Source: Styela clava (taxonomy: Eukaryota). From it: DNA of 64,000 nucleotides. Of the stretch, positions 30,001 to 42,000 are shown piece by piece. The position numbers and the translations under genes were made by a program. The DNA lies in the NCBI RefSeq assembly GCF_964204865.1, contig NC_135255.1:22196001-22260000 (forward strand). The letters are read 5' to 3'. The notes beneath the pieces are model-generated. The model was not told where the DNA came from. It did no database searches and saw only the letters and a program-made list of their open reading frames with translations. Within the stretch, counting starts at the first letter, position 1. Each line of letters opens with the position of its first letter.

Positions 30001-33000
30001 GACTGGCTAGCAATCAATAAAACCATTCAACAGAAAAAGTAAGCTTTCATTCATAATAGTAATAATAAGCTGATAGTTAGGGATATGCGGGGTAGCTACC
30101 TTTCTGTGCTCTATGACTTCGAGCTAGTGAATACGAATGCATTTAATGCAAGGATGCTGTAGCAAGAATAAAAATCATTATTCTATTTAATTTAAGAATC
30201 ATGGTGCACACTGTTGTATTTCTGGGGTAATGCATTTGTGTTAGTATGCAGCGAGGCGTACCAGTCAAATTAAATAAAAAGTTTTCAATGCCGGTATCCC
30301 ATTTGGTTTAATATTGTATCAACTACTGAAAATTCCCTCAAATTTGGTTATGCACAAGTATATTGAATTTTTTATGATTAACCAACAGATGGCTCACAGT
30401 TCCCAATTCTGACAGTGCGAGGGGTTTGCTGAATACAAGTTCATTCATATAAATGCTATATGATTGGCAAACCTCTAAATGAACAAAACAAATAGCAAAT
30501 ATAAGATAATATATTCACATTTATAATGGTTTAATCATGTGACCATATTTGACAGAGTTCGGTAATAGCTGGACATAAAATAATTCCAGAAAGTTGCTGA
30601 ATACAAGTTCATTCATATGAATTTGAAATTTGAAGTTTTTGGTATTAATTTGAAACTTTCAACTCTCTGAATCAGGGGTTCTCAACCTGGGGTGCGCGAA
30701 CCCCCAGGGGTTCACGAAAAGAATTTCAGGGGTACTTGAATGACAGTCGAGTTTTCGTGTGTTGCTTTTTTTAATATCCTTTAACAAAGAAATAAATACA
30801 AGAGAAAAATAAGTGCCTATTGAAACTCAGCGTACATTTTCCCTGATCTTGCGTTGTTGCGATTGTGACGCAACAATGTGAAATGCACGGATTGGCAGTC
30901 GTTGTAGCAAATTGTTAGTCAATAAATCACAATTTAGTTTGGTGGCTGATTACTGGGGGTTCCCGTTGATTGTTTCGTGACTCGGGGGATACTTAACAGA
31001 GAAAAGGTTGAGAACCCCTGCTCTAAATGAACAAAAGAAATAGCAAATAAAAGATAATATTTTCACATTTATAATGGTTTAATCATGTGGCCATATTTGA
31101 CCTAGTTCGGTAATAGCTGGACATAAAATAATTCCAGACCTGAACTATAAATTACATGAACTATATATTACACGAAATATTGTTAGAGTAACCATTGAAC
31201 AATCTATCTATCTCAGGCGAGACCTGCAGTCACTACTCTGTCGCTGGAACGACTGTGAACACAAAATCACAGAGATGTTGGGATGGCTTCGAGATACAAA
31301 GAAGGTTCTGGCACAATCTGACTCTGTTGATCATGATGAAATACATTCAGCTATGATAAAATGCAGAGACCGAGAGATTATGTTTGATATGACTGGTGAT
31401 AAGCTAAGGTAAGTGCCATTACCGGAGCTCTGACTTGATTTTGATAAAAAGGCTTGGTTCGACTAGAAAACTATAACTGATTGTTTTATATTCATTCTTG
31501 GCATGTACATCAATAATTTCAAATCCTATAAACGATATTGAATATTAAAAAAATCATATCTTTCAAAACTGTGACATTTCTTTTTTGTTCTTTCAGGGCT
31601 TTAGAGGTCAGTGTGGAAGAATTATGCAGCGACATCTCTCGGGCAGATATTGCCCTCTTGCGCCAACGAGCAGTACTTGTTCGCAATCAATGGGAGGAGT
31701 TGAGAGAACAAACTCAGCAAAGGAAAAGTTTGATTGAAGCAAGGTTGGCCATTTAATAGAAAAATTGTGATAATTATGTCAAATTTGACTTTTCCGTCTC
31801 AACTCTTGCTCAGTCGTAAAAGTTTCTCCCCTGATAACTTACTCTGCACTGACTGGAGGTTGGGCGCTTCTTGTTAAAGAAACCGCATATATGACTACAC
31901 ACTGCGTTGGTATTGGAACATATTTCCGTTTCTCTCGGATCTTCTTTCTTACCATCGTGTAGATTTTTGACTAGAGGTTAAAAATAATCAGAATAATCGG
32001 ACAATTACTCTTTGTCCCATGTTGTTAATTATTGGGTTACTAGAAAAAACTAGATTCAAATTCATATTAAATATTGATAATAAATTTATTATGAAAAATA
32101 TATTTGAATTTATGATGGAGGTTTTTCTATCTCGCAAAATTTTTATGCTATAAATCTTTTTCAAAAACTTTCTGTTTGGTGGGATTCTCCTCCAGCTATC
32201 TATTGGTTCTAGACCAGTTTTCAAACTTTGTAATTCGCGCCCCCTTTTTTAGCATTTGTCAAGTCTTTCACCCACCTCGAAAATAACTACGGTAGCAAAT
32301 AACAAGCTACAAATAACAGACAGTAAGGCGAAAGTATGTTGGCGCGGCGGTGTGGCTCATTGTGCTAAGCGTTAGGAATACGCTTGCCACCGCATCTCTG
32401 ATTACCCTGCGTGGGTTCGCAGGTTCGAATCCCATGCGGGGTAGTTATGTGCGAGAGGATTACTGGACTCCTCGCCTTAGTAGGGTGGTTCACGTAACCG
32501 CTGGTCGGTTACGGCTTCCTCTACCATCAAGTCCATGCTTCCGAAAAACAAATAACTAAAACTAATCCCATACTCGACATGGACTGATAACTGGACGAGA
32601 GGCCGTAGTTTGCCATATGGTTAAGCCGTCTTGTCGGCTTTCCTCTCACCCGGGATAAACATGTAAATCCTATCCTATCCAAAAAACTTGTTGAAAATAC
32701 ATGGATGGAAAGTTTTGAAATGTAAATATCCAAAATAAGGCGGGCGAAAACAAATCTAACAAACATTTTTATTTTCAATTAGCTTCACACCCCCTCGAAA
32801 AATTGTCTATGCCCCCTCCCCTTGTGACGAGCCCACCATTTAAAAAACACTGTTCTAGACAGTGTAGACTCTAGTTTTTCTTTACATCCTAAGTATTAAG
32901 ACTGGCTTTGAAAAACTTTTATATAAAACAAAACTGACTGTGAGTTTCGACTCTCTAAATTATTATTCTTTAAATATTTGGTTTAATTATATTGCTTCAA

Positions 33001-36000
33001 TATTAACTCAGACTTGGTGAATGGGATGATTTTGATGAAAAATATCGAGAACTCTGTGAATGGCTGAATGATATGGAAGAAAAAATATCACAAAATCCAG
33101 AATTGCCAATCGAAGATTTGATGGAAAAGCTTGAAAAGGTTAGATTATTGCTTTACTCTGGTATTTGTTGTCTTGATAAATTTTTAGGATTAAATTTATA
33201 TGAATATATTTACAATCTCTTACACAAAATTGCTACTTTTATGATATTCTATCAACTTTAAACTCTTCATTAGTTTAAAATTTGTTAGCGCATTTGCAGG
33301 GTTCATGAGATAGCTCACAAGTAATTTTGAATAGATAAATCATTCTTTTTTTACAACAAAAATTTAATATTTCTGAGCAGTCCCAAATAGTATTATATTG
33401 TCCAATAATGACATATTTCCAAATATTAGATTGAATTTCGTATTTGAGGCTAAAACACGTATTTTCTTGATTCAATTCGTATTAGACTTTTTTTAGTAAA
33501 ATAAATATATTCTTAGGTTTTTAAAACATATATTTATATGAGATATATTAATATTCATAATTTATTTAATCTACAGCAATATCAAAATGAAATGTTTGGG
33601 GCTGAAGATAGAAAAGCAGAGCTCCAGAGCCTGGGTGAAAAACTCATTGGTGGGCACAGGGGTCATAGGTCACAGGAAGTAGAATATAAACTCAACAAGC
33701 TAGTAGATCGGTGGAAGAATCTGGAAAAAATGAATAAAACAAGGTTTGTCATTGTTTTGTGATAGATGATATCACATATGGTATACTATTTTGTGGTCTT
33801 TTTTTCCTTCTTGTTAATTTGATACTGGGTGAGGTGATAGAGCATCCTGGGATCTTTACGCAAATATAGTCAGATCCATATGAATCTGCGAAATATTTTT
33901 CCATGTGAGCTGCCTGACCAACAGCTTCCCAACACAATCCTAATTCGGATTTTATTCAGTATGGATTATATCAGTACCTAACATTAATATTTAATAAATG
34001 TGTAAGAATTATAGTTTAGATAAAAAGAGAGATGAAATACACAGAAAGTTTGCTTATCAGTCAAAAATAAGCTAGAAAACATTGCTAACTGCAGAAAAAA
34101 CTCTTCAACATGGGTTCATTTAAAAAGTGAATTTATGTCTTAACAGCAGTGCTGCTTCTGTAAATGCAGGCAAAACTTGAGCGACTACCAAGGCCCGCGG
34201 GCCACATGTGGCTCGCCGCTTCATTATCTGTGGCCCGCTTCACATTCGGAGAGAAATTTAAAAATCGCATTTTGTTTTGTTTCGTCATAAAATTAAACAA
34301 AAAATCTTCTTACATATTGCCTATCGCGAACAATGCAAAAGTAATTTTGTGGCCCGCGGAGCTGCCAATCTTGGACTACCCTGGCTAGCCCTTCCTGGGC
34401 AACTAAGGCATTTGTGCATTTGTATCAAGAAGTGTGGCACCTAAATATATATCCTTTGTGTTGGCAATTTATTTAAAAAAGATGTGTCTAAATACAATAT
34501 GTAGCTAACAAAGTATAAAAAAGATTTGTATATTTTGTTCATATATTTTTTATGAGTCTAGTGATTTAACCATCGCAGTCACCGATTATAAACGTTAGAT
34601 AATCCGCCCAAGTCTTTTGACCTAAAGTTACCTTGCCTCATTGAGCAACGTGTTTACCATGACGTAATGCTTGGCGCGAAATCAAATTCATATTATTCTC
34701 TCGATTTCAAATTACGTCATATCCATTGGAATGTGTAGAATTCTCTCGTTTCTGTTGCTAATCTCCCTTTGGTTATGGGCACAAGTTTTGCAAAAGAAAT
34801 AAATTTACACTCGTACAATTTGGCGTTTATAAGTAAACTTCGGCCATACTTGAATTAGAATGAATTTTGAACATTTCTCTTGGATAGGTCGTGGAATTCC
34901 GTGGGTATATTTAATGGTAAAATATTTGTTGTTTTTACGCTTTATTAAACATGTTAAAAAAGCAGCAAGGTTTTCACTTTATGTCGCTATGGTATCCCGT
35001 TAACGCCAAAGGGCAAAATATAAAATGTTTTGATATAAGTTGAAAGCTGTCATTTCAGCATGAAAGTGTTTTTGTAGAGAAAGTAATGTGCCTTGTGAGC
35101 ATACATTATAGCGTGTTGAGAAATATCTTTCAGCAATGAACAGAGTAGTACATTAGCATTAGTAGTTTGATTTGAAATTATATTTTCAATTTTGAAGTAT
35201 GCAGGTAGACATAGGTCATATTATGTGATAAATTAAACTTTAAAAATCATAGAAGTGTCACAAAATTGTAAAATTTAACGTTTGCCATGACTACGTGGAT
35301 TAAATTTGTAGAGCTATTATTCTCAACTCAACTGAGATCCTAATATTATCAATTGTACAAAAAGGGTTGCGTCCCGATCATTACCATAACTCATCACAGA
35401 TGACGCCATCAAAATGGCGATTGAGACCATATATCCACCTCTATTCCTGACCTACTGTTTATATGTCAGCCCAATAGCCCTGTATGAAGGAGGTCATTCA
35501 AATGGTGATTGGGGCCATATATCCATCCCTATTTCTAACCTGTTGTTTATATGTCAGCCCAATAGCCTTGTATTGGGAAGACCATTCAAATGGTGATTGG
35601 GACCATATATCCACCTCTATTCCTAACCAACTGTCTATACAGCAGCCAAATAGCCTTCTGCGAAGGAGGCTATTCAAATGGCGATAGGTGCATATAACCA
35701 CTCAGAGACAGGGCGATATCTAAAATATTTTTGCATCATGTTCAAATACCCATTTATTTTTTCATTGCTGGATTCGCATTTACTTAATTGACAATTCTAT
35801 GAAATGACACGTTTAATCGTAAAAATACCAATCTGTTTTGCCTATAAATCTACCCGTCTGTTCGGATTTTCCCGTAATCAGATTATTGCATGAAGATTTT
35901 GCATTTCTGAATAATCGATAAACCTGCCACAAGCTGCTTCCACGTTTCGTTTCTGACGTCATTTAATATTCTATTTCTTCGAAATTTAATAAAATTCTTC

Positions 36001-39000
36001 TGGACGCGTCCATATTTTACGACTTTTACTCTAAGAAAGAAATACTTTGTGAAAATGTCAGGAGAACACTAAACATCATAAGTCCCAAATTTTAATTATA
36101 AAGCCCTGTCAAGAACATTTAATATTCATATATAATATGAATGTATAACCCATGTATTTGAAAATCCAATTTGACCATTATACTTATGAGCTCTACCTGT
36201 ACCTGCTCGCCGTCCATGTTCTAGCCTCTGCATTAAACTGTTTTGATAGTTGTGAAGTAATTACGAATATGGGCGCAATCGCTTACAATTGTTAGGTTTA
36301 ACCTGCTAGTTATTTAGAACGACAAATTCAGGCTATTATGCTCGTAATTCAGATTCAATGGAGCCCTCAAAACAATCCGTTCCGCCAATTTAACTAACTT
36401 AACACAAATGGTTGATTATTAGAATGCATATGAATTGTATTTTTGTGTATGCGAGTAAGCCATGCTTTTGAGTAATGTTGTCAATATTGCCGCGAAAAAA
36501 ATATTGTCGCATTTTCGCCGAGTTGCGATCCGGGTCCAAGTTAACGTGGAATCGAATTTTGTGTGACTGATTTTTTATTTAGTCAAAGTTGTCGTTAAAT
36601 TAATTTACCACAAATGGCAGAATAAATTGACACTGTACAATGCGGATTTAAGACACCTCATCTGACATGTACTTTTGAGTGAGTGCTTGTGTATCTCTGT
36701 AAGCCGATATCAGGCTATAAGTCAATTTTATAATAATGTAGCACGAAACGATGCTTGTCCGTGGTGCCTCAACAAGCCTGAGACCGAGGTACGCCTATTT
36801 GCTGAATGCGATATAACAAATAAATTAATGGCAACAGCAATTTGGACATGGTCACACAAAAGCCCAAATAAAACACTACCTGCTACGAAAGATATAACAA
36901 TAAATTATAGATTTGGACAAAGTATAGAAAAGGACGAAGCGAACATATTAATCTTTTCATTGACAACAATGAAACAAGCTATATGGCAAGCAAGAAACAG
37001 GAAAATATTCGGCAACCACAAACTAAGCTCCAAGCAAACATTCAACAGCTTTAAAAGACAGATAATATGGCGATATAATGTTGAACAACAGAGGCGAAAG
37101 GGGGGTAATGACCTCAAGCTCGAAAGAATAATGAGGACAATTGAACTACTCGGGGAAAAACAACTACGAGACGTGGGAATAACGTAACGGAGACGATACC
37201 GCACAAGATGTATTAAAAACCCGAATTCGATTTGAAAATACGTATGTCAAAAATGTAAAAAAAAACGTAAAAGTTACCAAAGTGAACTAAAATATGTTAC
37301 TGTTAATCAACGTGACGTATTCCCCATGAATCGATACTTTTTCTCATACTGTAGAATTGCAGAAACTTTGCTAGTCATAGCAGACGACGATGTAACTTGT
37401 AGAATTGTATTTAAACGTTTTTACGTACTGTAAACAAACTCGCAAGCACCCCATTCAAACAACATAACGTAGTCTGCACACCGATATCGTATATAATTGA
37501 TTCCAGTGTCTAGATATTTTTCCCATACCGTAGTATTACCGAGCTACAACTAGGCTCGGAGTATAGATACGTATACATTGTGATTAGCATAGAGACATGT
37601 GTGCGTGGATCTAAACTGTAATTTGAAAATGATTCCCCATGCAATGTCGACAACCGAAATCCCAACTGTTTTTGGTCTAGTATTTTATATATGTTTTTCT
37701 TCTCCTTTCTCTATGCGGTAGTATTACCAAACTACAAAGAGGCCTCCCGTGTAGATACGTATATATTGTATATTGTATGGATATATGAGTGCATGAATCA
37801 AACCCCAGAACCAAAAGAGAATCCCATGTCCTTCCTTATACATGTGCGAAAATCACATGAGATTTCGAAATATACCACAAACGGTAGAATAGAAAAACGC
37901 GCTGGTATATAAGTCCAAATGACATAATACTACCTTGAATGGATCGTGGATATAATTCGGCTCATATAAGTAACCATAGAATCACGTAGTAGAAATAGTA
38001 AAAACTATCCTCAACCTTGACGTAACCATTGATGAATATTATAAACATCAACCCCGCCCCAAAGTATATCATGTATATTCACCTAACATGAGTCTAACCA
38101 AGAGTTGCAACCCGTAATCGATTCATATATATTAATCCCTAAAGCTTAAATGCTGAAAACTGTCACGAATTAACCATAAATGCCCAAAAATGCTGAAATG
38201 AACTATGTGCAAGTAACAGCCATATAACCCGGCTGGCACGAACGACGTATTAAACGACTTGTAACCAGAATCTCAAACTGTCTAAAAGGGCAGATAATTA
38301 CTGCGTATTACTGTTACACCACTGATACACAAAAAGCGAAGGCCTACAGTTGTAACTATAACACCTGGTTGTATGACTTGCAACCAGGCTTCAGAATATA
38401 CACCCAAGACAAATACGACCTCTGAGAAGTTCGACGAACCCAGTTAAGAAGCACACTCTAACGTAGAGTAATACTCAGTGTAAATCATTTAAAAGTATAT
38501 GTTCTTTTTCTTTGTTTTTTCATGTATATACTCTGTTTGTAAAACTAATAAATATCCAGGCTATAAGTCAATTTTATTTGTTACGTTTTGATATTCTCCT
38601 GCGAGAATGGCTGCTATGGTTGGTAGATTACTGCAATAAGGCTGTGCGTCAAGCGTTTAGGTGGTTTTCGTGTCTGAGGCGTGTTTTATTATGTCTCTGT
38701 TTCATTAATGGCCAATATTTTGTTCATCGAATTCGACCATCTGCGAACCCAAAAATGAATTCCTACAGCACAATCCCAAACAGATTGGGACACCACCACC
38801 ACGAAGACTAACAATAGCTGGTCATTAACCAGCTTGCAAATAATAAGCACTCACTCAAAAGTAAAGACGAATAAACGATTGCGTTGTTCTGCCATAAGCA
38901 ATTCATTTAAGCTACCATTTATGGTGAATACGATTATAAATTTGTTTTGCATTGGAATACCTCGAATGGCTGCAGAGATAAATGAGGAGGTGAGCTGTGA

Positions 39001-42000
39001 AAACCAACGGACTCTACTCTGCAGCCACGGGAAGTTCATTAATCCGCACGTAGCAACCACGTAGAAACTATCGTCTGAATCCATATGCTGTTTCAAGTGT
39101 GTGAATGACGGTGTGTAAGACGGCGATCTCAAACTTGGAATACGCACCCCATTTTATAATCAAATAATGTGTCCAGGGTGTTATCTTACATATACCGAAT
39201 CGACCGCCTCACAAGAAGATTGCTTTGTCACCTTCTCTGGTGCTGTTGCGTTTTCGTCCATGGACCGAGATGACTATAACACGCGAGTTTTGGCAACCGG
39301 TCGGCCCTGTTTCTATGAGGGCCAATACAATACATGGTAAATTAGATAAATTCCTTTGCAATTTTGAAAAATTCCATGGGAATCTTATACAATTAGATGT
39401 AAGGTTATTCCATACTGGCGTAACTTATCACCCAATTTAACTTTTATCCAATTCGGATGATTGCTAGACGCTAGTGAATTTGCGTAATATTTTCATCGCG
39501 CGAAACTGTTGCTTGCAATTGCAATAGAAAGGCTTTACAGCAGAAGCACATTATTCTGTTTCGTGATCGATGATCAAACGGCCCTGTTGAACATAAATTA
39601 AAGTCATTTTTCAAATTGCGGTGCGTTCTGATTAAGATTCCCATGGGTGCCAAGCTCAGCCAAGCAATATTTTTCGACTACATTTCAGCCTTGTATCATG
39701 CATGGTTCGATCAAATTGTGTTTGGTGCTTAAATTAGTATTGATTTTTGAAGTCGACGGAAGGTTGTATTGTTGGCAAACCATCAAAAACATTTGCAATA
39801 TGAGGCTCCAGCATTATGCATATATTAGTAATGATAGAAATAGTGCGATATCTAGTTATTAGAAATATAAATAAATATACGTTATTCATCCATGGAAGCG
39901 TTGTGAGGATCAGTAATTTATTTTTCCACTAATGTTGAAAATACGTAACGTACATATACGGTATGGAATTGAATAAGAATAGCATTTCAGGGTGGATAGG
40001 GACGAACAGTACTGTTGCGCTTAGATTATATTAGCAGAATCGAATATGATTCAGAAAAAACAGGTACCGCTGTATACGAGGTTTGGGGTGAATGGCAATG
40101 GGTTAATATATGAAAATTAATGCAGAAAAATAAAGCATTAAGACAATGTTAGATGTTGCTTGTCAGCCCAAAGTTGAATACTTTGGCAAGTAAATTGTTA
40201 TTCTTTGTGAAGAAGGAGTAAGAGCAAAGGCCAGCAAATTTCGACAACCCTTTTGAAAAAGGAGTTGGGGGGAGGGGCATTTTTGAGTAGTACCTATGAC
40301 ATCATCATTGTAGTAAGTTACTTGTGAGATATTCTGAAGCTTTTTATAACTAAATTCAGTTATATTTGAAGGCATGATCTGGCTAATTGCAAATATACTT
40401 GGAACGTTGATTATTCTAATTCAAATTGGAGTAGCCACAAATATTTGGTTAAATGTTAATTTTCTTTTTTTCTGTACTGGTTCTGAGTTCCAAGCTTTTA
40501 TTTGATAATTAAAACTAAGTTTGTATTTATTGATACTGAGTTATAGGACTCGTTACCATTTTTTGTTTAGGATTCCCTTTTCTATTAATTAACCAACCCT
40601 GTTGTTATCACAAATACTGGGTAGTATCAGTATTTGACTTTATCATATACGTTTCACGCTCGTTTTACGGTTTCATAGTCACATGGGCAAGCTTATTCAC
40701 TTCTGAACTCAATAGAGAAATAATTAAAACCGTATTTAATATGCTTTAGTTGTGAATTCTATTAATTCGTATCCCTCTGTTTGTTATTTCGTGGTCAATG
40801 TCTTGCATTTTCTTGCTCACAGATCTAAAAAATTGAAAGAAACACTTCAAGCAGTTGCGCAACTGGAGAAAAGTATGGAAGACCTGAGAACATGGTTGAA
40901 AGACGTTGAAGACGGCCTGACAGACCCGGTTGTATATCGAGATTCTAACGACAGAGAAATCGTGGAAAGACTCACCCAACAACAGGTTTGTTGCGTCATT
41001 ATGACTTTTCCTAGTGTAGTATTGTTCACACCAGGCAGGGGATTTGTCACTATAGCGTGACCGGTTTTAACATACAGTCATGATATCTTCACAGTTAGTA
41101 AAGCTATGCTGCTCATGATACTAGGATTTGTGAGTAACGTGTCTCGGATGTTAGTGAGGCACGATGGCCTAGTGGTTAAGGCGTTCGTAAGCGTCTTTGT
41201 TTGTATAAAACAATGGTTCCCAGCCATCCTTTTATGAATCGTGGCCCCTTTTGGCACTCATGGCCTCCTGTTTACATTCCATTGGTATTTTGATTGGTAG
41301 ATTCCAAATCCCAATATGTTCAAACAATTCATGCTCAACAAAGGGAAAATGTGTGAAACCGTGCTGTGAAATAACCATTTCAAGCAACGAAATTAGGTAA
41401 AATAAATAGTTTTCTTGTGAAGTATAAAGTTAAATCAGGTTTGCGCCTAGCATTGTGGCCGATAAAAAAAAATATTAGCGTATCAGATACCATGCCCACC
41501 CAATGGGTGATAAATTGGATAGGCAATGCCGAACCGGAACTTCCAAATAAAAGAAGCTCATTATGCATTATCAGATATTAGTGCTTATACAGAGTCTAGT
41601 TCGGGGCGAAATGCGTAAGTTAGCTCCGTATAAAAATTAAAGTTAAGTTTCTTGGATCGGAATACGAGTTCCTTATTTTCAAGTATTTGAATTAAATGTG
41701 AGAGTGTGGATAAAACTATACAGTTAGAATTCGTTTTTTACATGATTTTAGCCATCCGTTTTACCATACAGGTATACTATATGGACGCCGATGCTCGATA
41801 ACCAGTATTGGTTTTCCGCGTCTTCCCAAACCCTGAAATACAATTTCTTTATATATATTTTATTATAATTTGTATATCGTGTGTGCTTCTTCAGCTTGGC
41901 GAAAACATAAACTAATGATAACATACGGCATAACGTTATTGAAATGCTGTTTTGATCAGCTCCGTTGACAGCAAAGTTGAAAACCATCGCGCATCACAAA

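Noticed and set aside
32341-32440. tRNA gene
   Set aside because: A and B boxes are present but there is no cloverleaf, and the sequence continues into a SINE body and tail.
35407-35700. CRISPR-like array
   Set aside because: The units are contiguous with no unique spacers, and the context is a eukaryotic intron.
36675-36731. N-terminal part of the 170-aa ORF
   Set aside because: It lies in host DNA and the TSD upstream of the LINE truncation point; chance in-frame extension.
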